A DNA stretch of 64,000 nt, from IMG/VR virus record IMGVR_UViG_3300025012_000043, positions 32,001-96,000 of that record. The stretch is one strand, 5' to 3'. A model generated the notes under the pieces. The model ran no database searches, was not told the origin of the DNA, and saw only the letters and a list, made by a program, of their open reading frames with translations. The number at the start of each line of letters is the position of its first letter. The first letter of the stretch is position 1. A program made the position numbers and the translations under genes. This document shows, one piece after another, positions 10,618-21,400 of the stretch. This stretch comes from a virus.

Positions 10618-11901
10618 TCATCTCCTTTTAATACGGCTACTGACATCATTGATGCCAGGTATATGAATCGTATAATTTGTTCTAGTCACTCTTAATCGAC
10701 AACTCTTAGAGTGGTATATTTGGAATGGTTTAGGTGTGAATAAAATACCACAGGCTGGATTCGCACACTTTATCTGGTTAACAACCTTAACTTTATACCG
10801 GGTCTTTTGTAAACTGGCCCTACGATCTCTACGAATGTCTCTACGCTTCTTTGTATATAATTTCACTCTACATTCTTCAATACAAAATTGTTGGTGCTTA
10901 TACCTGGTTTTAAATGACTTCCCACATACAATACACACCTTGTCATATTCTGGTATGTCAAACATATCCAAATCGATCAAAAATTTCTTGCGTATATTTG
11001 ATAGTCCCCACTTAATATACCTATTAACGGCCTGTGATGTAATATTGGTATGTGAAAACTTAATCGATCCACATCTTGGACAAGCATCAACCTTTTTAGG
11101 ACTGAAAAATACACACCCATCTCCTAGACACCTGTATGCTGATAAAATGTCTTTAATATCTTTTTGGTGAACACCCTCTATAAAATGTAACCATAATACA
11201 TCTCTCTGTCTTTTTGATAGAAACTTCTCACATTTAAGTAATTTTATTAACTTTAACCTAATTTCTGGCGTAACATATTTAGATCCAGATAATAATTTAA
11301 CTTTCATATTTTCAAATTCCCCCTCAACACTATCATTAATAACACCAGCTAGTACTGAGGCCATTTTCTTACACAACGTTAACGCATAACATTTATTTCT
11401 ACTCTTACATACACCACAATCTAAACCATTAATATGCACTATATCTTCAATTTTACCAACTGGTATGACCACATTTTGTTCGTCTTCATCAATATCAAAA
11501 TAATTAGTTAGTTTATGCTTGGCTATCTCAATTGCACTAGGATCATAAGCTATCTCTTTTCTAAACCCACTCTCTATACCATACTTAAACACCTGCCCCT
11601 TTTCAATCTGATCATAATTTTCACATGTATCTATATCACATCCCAGTACCCAATGTTCGTGCCCAAATGAACATCCATTAAATTTTGAACATCTGGCTTC
11701 ATTACACGTGCCATATTCACCATCATAATTTTGGTATAACTTATCCGGATCGCCAGCCATACATTCTGTGCCTATATCATGATAACATCCATCTCTACTA
11801 TATTTACATATATTATGCGTATGCGAATATAACAAATTCTCAATGTAGGGGCAGACTTTTGTACATTTGTTATATTTGGGGCAATTATTACAACCGGACA
11901 T
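10618..11901 (-). CDS. Cys-rich protein with sigma-70 region-4-like HTH; probable late transcription regulator
   Basis: LSKRQRDVLWLHFIEGVHQKDI...ITSQAVNRYI HTH interrupted by a Zn ribbon; many CxxC motifs; directly upstream of putative terS. Confidence 0.55.
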   Translation of the reverse strand: MSGCNNCPKYNKCTKVCPYIENLLYSHTHNICKYSRDGCYHDIGTECMAGDPDKLYQNYDGEYGTCNEARCSKFNGCSFGHEHWVLGCDIDTCENYDQIEKGQVFKYGIESGFRKEIAYDPSAIEIAKHKLTNYFDIDEDEQNVVIPVGKIEDIVHINGLDCGVCKSRNKCYALTLCKKMASVLAGVINDSVEGEFENMKVKLLSGSKYVTPEIRLKLIKLLKCEKFLSKRQRDVLWLHFIEGVHQKDIKDILSAYRCLGDGCVFFSPKKVDACPRCGSIKFSHTNITSQAVNRYIKWGLSNIRKKFLIDLDMFDIPEYDKVCIVCGKSFKTRYKHQQFCIEECRVKLYTKKRRDIRRDRRASLQKTRYKVKVVNQIKCANPACGILFTPKPFQIYHSKSCRLRVTRTNYTIHIPGINDVSSRIKRR

Positions 11902-12577
11902 TAGGTTTATCCTTCTTATTGGCTAATTTTAAAGCATTCCATGATATAGGAAAATACTTAGAACAAATAATATTTATAGCCTTCGCATATTCTTGGATCT
12001 CTAATTGCGCATGACTATCTTGTCGTGATTCCCAAAAATAAAACGCTGCCTGTAAACTCATCCTACTACGTACAGTAGTATATAAACCATAGGGGATAAC
12101 TTGCCTAATATTTTCTACGGCCACGCCACGTTCCACCCATTTATTATAGAGACTTAAAGCTGAGGCATACGCAATATTTAAATCATCCTTAAATTCATCT
12201 TTATACTCTTCTAATACCTGCCCCTGGCCCCATTTTCCTTTAGGCTCTCTAGGCACTGGGCAATAAAATTCGTAAACCCGTTTATTTCTACCAGATTGTT
12301 CATTCCAATTTGTCCCATCTTCAACATTAGAAACACCAATTACATGTTTATAATATTGTTGACGTACACATAGTGGCATCTTCACTTCGACCCATATGCC
12401 AACGCTTCGAAATGGTGACGAATGACCTTCATTGGCTAGTCGCTCAATAAATCCTGGAGTTACAACCACTACTTCTTTAACAAATGAAGCTCGTGCACAA
12501 TTCTCAATATCGACATCAACCCCATCAATTCTACATATTTTAACATATCCATGATCTAATACTTTTATTAGTTCCAT
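11888..12577 (-). CDS. thyX: FAD-dependent thymidylate synthase
   Basis: ARASF, GHSSPF, NEQSGR, ENIRQVIP, R.DSHAQLEIQEYA; RHR motif appears as YKH variant. Confidence 0.9.
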   Translation of the reverse strand: MELIKVLDHGYVKICRIDGVDVDIENCARASFVKEVVVVTPGFIERLANEGHSSPFRSVGIWVEVKMPLCVRQQYYKHVIGVSNVEDGTNWNEQSGRNKRVYEFYCPVPREPKGKWGQGQVLEEYKDEFKDDLNIAYASALSLYNKWVERGVAVENIRQVIPYGLYTTVRSRMSLQAAFYFWESRQDSHAQLEIQEYAKAINIICSKYFPISWNALKLANKKDKPNVRL

Positions 12578-12843
12578 GTTTGGTTGTCTCCGACCGTTGA
12601 ATCCTCGTGTTTATTTGTGTGTTCTTTTTCCCAAAAGAAAATGGTATCCACAATTCTAGCAATAAATTCCACTCCAGGATGCCCATGTCTATACTTACCT
12701 AGACGACTAGAGATCGTTTCTTTTCCATCCCCACCTAAAATTGCATTAACTAGCATATCTATCCCACGCAAAAAATTAGATACACCATATCCTAAACTTT
12801 TAAAATATAAGAAAAATTTATCTCTAAATATCACAAATTCCAT
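12568..12843 (-). CDS. Small conserved-looking phage protein
   Basis: ID..VNAILGGDGKETISSRLGK...D.IFFW..H pattern. Confidence 0.55.
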   Translation of the reverse strand: MEFVIFRDKFFLYFKSLGYGVSNFLRGIDMLVNAILGGDGKETISSRLGKYRHGHPGVEFIARIVDTIFFWEKEHTNKHEDSTVGDNQTWN

Positions 12844-12844
12844 C

Positions 12845-13294
12845 TTATTTCACCTTCACTCTAATACCAGTCATCCAATAATATTCAGACATTTGTGCTG
12901 GTGGTCTCGCCTCAGTCAAATAGTCCCACTTATTATGTTCTACAAATACCTGAATTGGTCCGTAAATATCAACCCCAAGTTTCAAATTATAGTCAATGCG
13001 TGCCCGTTCAAAATCCCAATCCGATCCTTTCCATGCATCAGGGAATCCATGCCCTACCACATCCGGAGTACGCCAGTTCTGTAAAAACCATATCTTTGTA
13101 TTCACATCAAATGTAACGCGTTTCCAAAATCTAATGCCTCCATCAGCCTCAAGTTTATATCGTGCCACCATATCTTGTATGATAGGTTCGTTGTGGGGAA
13201 TAGTAAATGCAGCACTTAATTCAAACTTCTCTAAATTAATAGCATGAGAGGAAATGGGCACCAATAAAATTAATAATATCAAGAATTTTTTCAT
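12845..13294 (-). CDS. Exported protein, probable outer-membrane beta-barrel
   Basis: Signal peptide MKKFLILLILLVPISSHA; alternating amphipathic strands; terminal strand YWMTGIRVKVK. Confidence 0.55.
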   Translation of the reverse strand: MKKFLILLILLVPISSHAINLEKFELSAAFTIPHNEPIIQDMVARYKLEADGGIRFWKRVTFDVNTKIWFLQNWRTPDVVGHGFPDAWKGSDWDFERARIDYNLKLGVDIYGPIQVFVEHNKWDYLTEARPPAQMSEYYWMTGIRVKVK

Positions 13295-13650
13295 TAGTTT
13301 TTGCCTTTCTTTAAGTCATTAATTCGTATGTCTAGTCTATCTTTCTCTGCTTCTAGTTCACGCAACCGTTGTCTGGCCACACTATCACTTGGCCTCTGTT
13401 CAACTCTATCCTGTACTTTCCACATCTTTTCCTGTACATACGATTTTGATTGCTCTGCTTGGTAGATCAGTAATTTGGTATTAGCTTCAACGAACCTTTT
13501 ATCAGTGACATCAACATATGATTGAAAAGCACGTTCTTTGGCAAAATAAGCATTAACACCAAGTACTGATCCCACCAGCAAGGCAAGGCTAGCGACCAAA
13601 GCAATTGCACCCTGAAAATTAAAATATTTACCAAAATTAAACTGGGTCAT
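13294..13650 (-). CDS. Single-TM coiled-coil membrane protein (holin/spanin-like?)
   Basis: Hydrophobic helix aa 14-36 then coiled coil; GGAG RBS. Confidence 0.45.
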   Translation of the reverse strand: MTQFNFGKYFNFQGAIALVASLALLVGSVLGVNAYFAKERAFQSYVDVTDKRFVEANTKLLIYQAEQSKSYVQEKMWKVQDRVEQRPSDSVARQRLRELEAEKDRLDIRINDLKKGKN

Positions 13651-13661
13651 TTGTATCTCCT

Positions 13662-15812
13662 TTATATTATACTAACATCATTTACTTTTTTAATGGTTAT
13701 AACATTATCAAACTCATCAACCAAATTTTTAAGATCAGAATGTGTAATAATCAAAATACGTTTAATCTTAGTTGATAAATATTTTAACACGTCTATTAAT
13801 ATTCTACGCTTACCATCATCTATCTTACCAATACCCTCATCTATCATTAAAATGTCTAATATATTATCTGGATTACGAACCCGCCATACTAAAAATAATG
13901 CTGCTCGAATACTTAAGTCTATCCAATACGCCTCTCCCCCGGAAAACCTAAATAATGGTAATATCTTGTCACCCTTCTTAACTAAAATCTTGAAAACATC
14001 CTTAGTACCCTCGCCAGATTTCTTTGGTTCCTTTAGTAATATTGCTATCGATACTTTTTGCCCACCATATTGTAATATATTGTTAGCAAATACCTCAATT
14101 TGGTCCTTCATAGCTTCAATTTGCATCGCTGGTACACCATTCGGGCCAAATGCCGACACCAATACATCATAAACACACTGCTCATTTACACACTCATTAT
14201 ATAATTTGGTAATCTTCTCAAGTTCGGCAAGTTTTTCAGTGTTTACCCTTATCATAGTCTCATTAGACGAAACAATACCTTGTAATTTATTGTTCTGGTC
14301 TTCTTTACTTTTTAAGTCGGCTTGGAATGAAGCGATATCAATAAGAAGTTTGATATGTTGATCACGCAACCCAATAATGATACTGGCCCCTTCTTTAATT
14401 TGCATTAATTCTATAGATATTGATGCATGCTTAATATTAGCATTATTCATTAAAGTATCTATATTATTTACATTAGCCTGAGCAGATTCCATTAATTCAT
14501 TTATATTATTACATTCAACCACTAATGGAGATATCTTGCCACACAAACTATCATATGAAGATTTAATATTAACATAATTACTTATATTATTCTCATATAA
14601 AATCACTTTAGACTGTAATTCGTCAATATCATGGCGTATACTTATGATCTCTGCAAATAATTGATCATGCTCATTTTTCATAGCAACAATTCTAGGTTGT
14701 AGTCTGTCACCACATAATGCTTCACACTTTACACTCAATATTGGGCACATATCACCGCAAGTACTTAAAGTATCTATTTGTTTTTTTAAGAAATCGATCC
14801 TAGTAATAAGCCCAGTTAAGCCTTCCTTTTTATTAATAAATACGGCCCTGTATGATACAAGTAATGCCGTATCTTTTTCTTGTTTATTTAGTATATCTTT
14901 AATATTGATCGAATTTATCTGGTTATTAATACTATCAACCTCTTTATCTATCGCAATTCTCCGGTCAACATACCCTTTTAATTGCTTTCTAATATTCCAC
15001 ATCTTTTGTGTATATTCTTCAATCTCTACCTTAATCTTTGATAAATTACTTAATTTCTCTTCTTCTAGAGCATTTTGAGTATTTATGGCACTAATCTGAC
15101 CAAATAACGATGCAGCATTGGTTTGTACGTTGGCTAGTATATTTTTGGCAATCTCTGTTTCTAGTATAAGGATATTGATTTTAATGTGTGTATCTTTTAT
15201 ATCACATAAAGCTTGCTCTATCTTGGTTGTTAAATCCTTACTATCGATATTATCAATACTAGTCTTATATTTTAATGCTTGTTGTTTAATCTCTAATAAT
15301 CTCTGTGACGCGATAGCTTGCTTTTCCTGCCATCTGTCCAAGCCAAGCATTTCAACAACCTTTTTTCTAGATTCGGTAGAAGTTAATTCGGAAAACGCTT
15401 TATCCTTGCCCTGTTGAAAATAAGCAGTCTTTATAAAAGTATCATATCCCATGCCAACTATATCATTAATTAATTTCTCCCCAGCATCCAAGGTAACGAA
15501 TTGTTGATTTGCGCCACACACATTAATATCAAGATTGGTGGTATTATTACCACGCCCCCGAGTAAGTTTGATTTGTTGAGGCAATGGAAATTGAACACTT
15601 ACTGACATATCTCCAGTAAGATCACGAATAAGATGGTCACCACCAGGAAATTCGGAGGTGCCACGTGCTTTACCCCAAACTGCATAAGTAACCCCTTCTA
15701 ATAAGCCTGACTTACCAACCCCATTATCACCACGGACTAAGGTCACTCCAGGGGGTATGTCAACGACAACATTATTCCCAAAAGCCAAAAAATTATTTAG
15801 TATGATTTGCAT
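13662..15812 (-). CDS. sbcC: SbcC/Rad50-like SMC ATPase
   Basis: Walker A GDNGVGKS, Q-loop YFQQG, long coiled coil with central Cys hook (CPILSVKC), FSGGE, LMIDEG, ITHS. Confidence 0.95.
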   Translation of the reverse strand: MQIILNNFLAFGNNVVVDIPPGVTLVRGDNGVGKSGLLEGVTYAVWGKARGTSEFPGGDHLIRDLTGDMSVSVQFPLPQQIKLTRGRGNNTTNLDINVCGANQQFVTLDAGEKLINDIVGMGYDTFIKTAYFQQGKDKAFSELTSTESRKKVVEMLGLDRWQEKQAIASQRLLEIKQQALKYKTSIDNIDSKDLTTKIEQALCDIKDTHIKINILILETEIAKNILANVQTNAASLFGQISAINTQNALEEEKLSNLSKIKVEIEEYTQKMWNIRKQLKGYVDRRIAIDKEVDSINNQINSINIKDILNKQEKDTALLVSYRAVFINKKEGLTGLITRIDFLKKQIDTLSTCGDMCPILSVKCEALCGDRLQPRIVAMKNEHDQLFAEIISIRHDIDELQSKVILYENNISNYVNIKSSYDSLCGKISPLVVECNNINELMESAQANVNNIDTLMNNANIKHASISIELMQIKEGASIIIGLRDQHIKLLIDIASFQADLKSKEDQNNKLQGIVSSNETMIRVNTEKLAELEKITKLYNECVNEQCVYDVLVSAFGPNGVPAMQIEAMKDQIEVFANNILQYGGQKVSIAILLKEPKKSGEGTKDVFKILVKKGDKILPLFRFSGGEAYWIDLSIRAALFLVWRVRNPDNILDILMIDEGIGKIDDGKRRILIDVLKYLSTKIKRILIITHSDLKNLVDEFDNVITIKKVNDVSII

Positions 15813-16150
15813 TATTGTATCTGCTTCCCATCAATTAATTTACTGGCAGAACACGCTTGGCAAATTTCAAATACAGCATTAGAACATTTTACACTATGGT
15901 TTACCATATTTCTAGACATTAACGCCACCATGTCACTAAGAATTTCATCTTTTAACGCTATATCATGCAATAATAATAAGGCACTTATACCAAGACATAA
16001 TTCGTAGGAATTATCTGCTACTTCTTTTAAAATAATCTCCTGTAAATACTTACACTTCATTGTAGGACACCCGATTTCTTGTCTATGATTATACAACGCT
16101 ATTACCTTTTCTTTAAACGCTGCTTCATCCATATAGGATATCCTTACCAA
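15812..16150 (-). CDS. Hypothetical protein
   Basis: 112 aa ORF between sbcD and sbcC. Confidence 0.5.
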   Translation of the reverse strand: MVRISYMDEAAFKEKVIALYNHRQEIGCPTMKCKYLQEIILKEVADNSYELCLGISALLLLHDIALKDEILSDMVALMSRNMVNHSVKCSNAVFEICQACSASKLIDGKQIQ

Positions 16151-17171
16151 TAATTTTTACTCTATCAATTATATCATTTCCGTATTTATCTGACAATGTA
16201 TCACAATATGCCTGAAACATTTTCTCATCATCAGTTATATCTAGGCTTTTAAATTCTTTTTTGCCTGATATTTCATACTCTATTTTTAAATCATACGCAT
16301 CATGAACTATAGGACCAATACCTCTTTCATATTCTTCTTGGGTACAAGATACCTTTAATTTTACCATCTTATTACTAATAACCGGGTCTAATAAATAATG
16401 TTCAAGTTGCGCCATCTTAATTTCTGCTATATGTGTATCACGACACCCAAGCCACAAATTGGTGGCAGACATTGTGTCTGTATCAAATAACACAACACGC
16501 TTATCACCACTCTCTCCAAAATTTGAATTCCTAATGCCCCCGACATATAATGCGCGGGTACCAATATCTTGGGGCGAATGAATATCACCAAGAAATGCAA
16601 ACTCAAAAGTTGGAATTGCTTCTAATGATTTAATGGAGGGAAAATTCTTAGATTGATTGCTTATCATTCTACTATTATTAAACTTTGCTTCAACAAATGG
16701 TAGATGAGCAAACAACACGAATTTTATACCCATCATTCTTAAATCATTACATTTAAACTCAAACCATTCAACCGTATTAGTCCTACGATGTACTTCCCAC
16801 GGCAACATAACGGCAACAATATCATCTTTAATACGAAATGTTGATTGCATTGTATCATATAAAAATACATTACTATGCAAATCAAGTGTTTTTATTTCAC
16901 TTAATAAATTTCTATCATCTGACAAATCATGATTACCAGTTAATATATGAACTCTAGTCCAATAAGGGAATGACTCCAGGAATTTATGAAATCTTAATTC
17001 TTCTGCTCCGCCTTTCTGTATATCTCTACGATGATAGATATCACCAAGCAACACAACATTCTCACATCCGTGCTCATTAACAAATTTAATAATTTTATCT
17101 AAACACTCATCGGTGTCACTAACCCATTGTGAATCTAAATGAATATCTCCGACTATTAAAACTTTGGACAT
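16125..17171 (-). CDS. sbcD: SbcD/Mre11-like nuclease
   Basis: GDIH, LGDIY, GNHD, AH, LGDIHSPQ phosphoesterase motifs; adjacent to sbcC. Confidence 0.95.
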   Translation of the reverse strand: MSKVLIVGDIHLDSQWVSDTDECLDKIIKFVNEHGCENVVLLGDIYHRRDIQKGGAEELRFHKFLESFPYWTRVHILTGNHDLSDDRNLLSEIKTLDLHSNVFLYDTMQSTFRIKDDIVAVMLPWEVHRRTNTVEWFEFKCNDLRMMGIKFVLFAHLPFVEAKFNNSRMISNQSKNFPSIKSLEAIPTFEFAFLGDIHSPQDIGTRALYVGGIRNSNFGESGDKRVVLFDTDTMSATNLWLGCRDTHIAEIKMAQLEHYLLDPVISNKMVKLKVSCTQEEYERGIGPIVHDAYDLKIEYEISGKKEFKSLDITDDEKMFQAYCDTLSDKYGNDIIDRVKIIGKDILYG

Positions 17172-17240
17172 CAGGCTACCTCCCTAATTTCTGACGCTAC
17201 CTCACGATAGCTCTCGTGGCTGATCCCCAGCCCGGCAATA
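17160..17240 (-). ncRNA. Putative TnpB omega/reRNA scaffold, 3' part
   Basis: Two stem-loops in the last codons: GGCTG-GGGAT-CAGCC (17218-17232) and GCTATC-GTGA-GGTAGC with GNRA loop (17196-17211), then GGGAGG...GATGTCCA resembling an IS605 right end. Boundaries approximate. Confidence 0.45.
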
Positions 17241-18247
17241 AGAGTGTTGATCGCAGCATTAACATCGCGATCATGAACCGTCCCACAAACGTTACACTCC
17301 CAGTACCTTACCTTCAAGCCTGATTTCCCTGTTGGACCAGAACGCGCCCCACAGGTAGAACAGGTCATGGTGGAAAACTTAGATGGCACTTCGATATACT
17401 CTCTACCGCCTGCACGGCATTTGTAAGAAAGCATTGATCGAAGTTGTCCGTGGGCAGCTGCTCCCACGGACTTGCCAAACCCTGAACGAGCCAAACCACC
17501 CAAATTATCCTTACTAATCGCAATGACTTGATTCTTGGACACTAATTCACGAGATATCTTATGATTTCTGTCCTTGCGCTGATTCTTAATCCTTTCATGA
17601 AGTCTAGCAACTTGTTTACGATTTATACCACGCTGGGCTTGGCCCAAACGGATTAAATTATTCTGTAATTCCTTGGGGTGTTCAATCTTTTCACCAGTTG
17701 AAAGTGTAAGTAAGGTAACATATCCAGGGTCTATACCAACCTGATCATCAGAAACATGAGGGATAACATTAGGTTGGGCATTTATATTTAAACACAAGTA
17801 CCAGCCAGAAGCCCGTTTAATAATGCGGCCTGAATTTATCTTGCCTTCAGGGATATCCTGTTTATGGAATTTTACTAAACCTAGCAATGGCATTCTAACC
17901 CTATTATTTAGGGGTGGTTTAATGGGGTCTGGAAATGGGATAGAATTTAACTTATTTCGACGGCCCTTAAATCTTGGCTTCCTAGAAATTTTCTTAAAAC
18001 AACGTTGCCAAGATAACCAAGTTTGATCTAACATGCCCTGTATAGTATGGCTGGGGATGCCAAGTTTGCCACTATGGCCAGTGAGTAAATTCTGAAATGT
18101 TTTTCGTGAATAATAAACCTTATCCCTGGCATCTAACTCAATTTTACGAATAGCCCAATTCCAGACAGAAGTAAGATGAAACAGCCAAGTATTTAACTGG
18201 GCCTCTTGAACCTTGGTTAACTTTAATTTACGTTGATATTGAATCAT
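17171..18247 (-). mobile_element. tnpB: TnpB (IS200/IS605 family) RNA-guided nuclease, no tnpA in window
   Basis: RuvC-I GIDPG, Zn finger TCSTC...CNVC, RuvC-III HDRDVNAAIN; RuvC-II reads ISKDN where IEDL is expected. Confidence 0.9.
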
Positions 18248-18268
18248 TCTTATTTTATCGTAGTACTT

Positions 18269-18478
18269 TCATTTGTCGTTAAACGACACACGAATTTTAA
18301 TGCCTTCTTTTTTACCTAAAGAAATTAATATATCAGCTAAATCTTTAAGTGCAAATTGAATTTGGTCATGTAAATGATACCCAGTTGGTTTATTACATTT
18401 CTCATTTATATATCTTTTCATAACATCTCGTACATCAACATTAACTTCAATATTTGTGGTGACTGATACCATTGTCAT
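18269..18478 (-). CDS. Hypothetical protein
   Basis: 69 aa, follows dnaE with GGGAG RBS. Confidence 0.55.
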   Translation of the reverse strand: MTMVSVTTNIEVNVDVRDVMKRYINEKCNKPTGYHLHDQIQFALKDLADILISLGKKEGIKIRVSFNDK

Positions 18479-18480
18479 GT

Positions 18481-21400
18481 CTACTCCCTAATTACCGCAT
18501 ATATAGTCTGCCCAACAATATCTGTTAACGCTTTGGCTATAGTATTATTCAATATATCGAGATTCACAATATCACCAACAACCTGCTTAATTAACATCCC
18601 CTCCATTTTTGATGGTTGCTTCATAAACCCAAGATTCTTGATCTTAATACCATATTGTGGCAATATTGGTTTACCAATTAATGTAAGCCCCTTGCCACGC
18701 TTACTACTGTATTTTACTATTGCCTTCAAAATAACTGGCGCAAATTTTTTGGCTAATGATGTCTTAATACACCCATAATTCACTCCACTAATAATCTTGT
18801 CATCTAAGTCTTCCGTATTAACATTAATATTCCTATCATGACATCCCTCTCGATCTATTAAAGAAACTGACCCAAATTTATTCCATGTTTGATCTTTCTT
18901 TGGATATATAACCTCAATCCCATTATTAATCCCATATATATATACGACTGATTGTGTTGGTAATGCTAGTGCCTTAGTAAGGGAGATGGCACCAACTGAA
19001 TCTGCTAATGCCTGATACAAATCCAATACTGGATCAACATCAAGAAGTCCTATAGTACCTGATTCATTTTCCAATATCTCAGCCGACTCATACTCTTCTT
19101 GCTTAACAAACCATGGCATAGTAATCATATTATTTGGTAGATCTAAACTAATCTGCCCATTCTCCATTGCTTTTTTATAGGCTGGCTTGTCAAATGCCCC
19201 AGATTCATTATATTTAATTGTCGCAGTTTTAATAGCTATACTCTTAGTACGTACATATTTCTTAATCTCTTGTATGTTTTTAACGATATCCTTCCTATTT
19301 AATGTGGGATCAAACAAAAACGCTCCAGCCAATGCTAATTGTGAAATCTGGTTAGATGGGACGCTTTTGTTACGATTAATAAAATCAGCAAAACATTTAT
19401 ATTCTCCATTCATCTCACGTTCTTTAATAACCACTTTAGCCGATGATTCACCGATTCCCTTCACAGAAGACAAGCCAATATAAATAGTATCTTTGAAAGC
19501 AGAAAATACTAGTTTTGACTTATTAATATTTGGCCTAGAGATCTTAATCCCCAATTTCTTACAGTCCGCTATTATAATTGAATGCTGGTCTGAATCAGTC
19601 ATTATAAGATTGGCGCACATAAATTCTGTAGGATAATTTGCCTTCAAATATGCGGTTATATAAGTAATAACACCATACGCCGCAGCATGAGCCTTCGGCC
19701 ACATATACCTTGCTGATGGCTTAATAAGCCCAAATATATATTCAGCGAATTCTTTTGTTTTGCCAAATCTAATAGCACTAGTTATAAATTTCTCACCCTC
19801 TTCGTCAATTTCTTTGACTAATTTTTTACCAACAACCTTGCGCAAATGATCGGCTTCGGCCATTGAATATCCAGCCACCCTACGTGCTATTTCCATGATC
19901 TGTTCTTGAAATAACATCATATAATGTGTAGGCGCAAGAACATCATCAATACATGGGTCAATTTTTGTCGGTGGCATCAACCCATTTTTAGTTCTTATAT
20001 ATTTCTCAGCCATAGACATTTTGATTACTTCATCATATGCCAAGGCCCCTGGCCTATATAAAGCATTCATGGCTATGATATGCTCAAATTCTGTAGGAAT
20101 CAATCCTTTCATCATATTTGTAAACCCATCACTTTCAGCCTGGAAAACACGACACGTATTGCCATCTTGTAATAATTTAAACGTTTTCATGTCATCAAGC
20201 GGAAGTGTATATGGGTCAATATTAACCCCGTGATTTTCTTTGATCAACTCACATGTGATCTTAATAATATCTAATGTTGTTAAGCCAAGCAAATCAAATT
20301 TAACCAGCCCTACCTTTGATGCGACATACATATCACACATAAGCGCTGTTTCTGACTCACTATTTACCTTAAATGTTGGTATTATATCACTAAACCGATC
20401 TTTTGAAATAATAACTCCCGATGCATGGATAGACACCGATTTAGGATTACCAGATAATCCCATAGCAAAATCATACCAGCTTTTATCAACACGTGGGGAT
20501 TTAAAGGCTTTCATCTTCTCCATAGCAGATATGATACTCTCTTCTTCTCTTTTGGCGGTCTCTTCAAATAACTCCTTGGGTTCCAATTCATCCAATGCCC
20601 CGAGATCTTTAATTAAATCATCTACTCGCCTACGATCTGGTTCTATTGCTCGGATGGCCTCACGAATAGCTAACTTAGTAGTCATATTATTAAATGTTGC
20701 AATCTTAGATACCTTGTCAGCACCAAAGATTGATTGAACTATCTCAATTACTTCTGGCCGCCGCCGTTGTTCAAAATCAATATCAACATCTGGAAGATCA
20801 ATACGACTGGGATTTAAAAACCTTTCAAACATGAGTTTATATTTAATCGGATCTATACCAGAAATCCCGAGAGCAAACAATACAAGACTACCAGCACTAC
20901 TTCCCCGGCCCGGTCCAATCAAGATCCCTCTTTTACGCACTTCCTTAATAACAATACCAAGGATTAGAAAGTAAGAAGAAAAATTGAGTTTCGAAATAAT
21001 CCCCAATTCATATTCTAATCTATCTTTGTACTCCTTGGTGGCAACCCCTCTAGTTTTAAGGCCCTCATAAGCAAGAGTCTTTAAATATTCATCATTGGTC
21101 TCTATGTTTGCAGGTAAGAACGACTTGGGTAATTCTGGCATATACTTACCCATTTTGAACTCTATATTATAATCTTCTAACTTTTCATAGATCTCCATGG
21201 TATTATCAAATGCTACCTTAGGAATATTTGACGCAAACTTCTCTAATTCACCACGAGTCTTCATATAATATTCAGCATTCAGAATAGCTGGCTTACTTAT
21301 GTCGTCTGGAAATTCACCATATACTACCCCACGTTTTCTATCTAAAATATGTGTACCAAACTGAAGTGATAACAGTGCATCCTGAACTTCAGCATCACTT

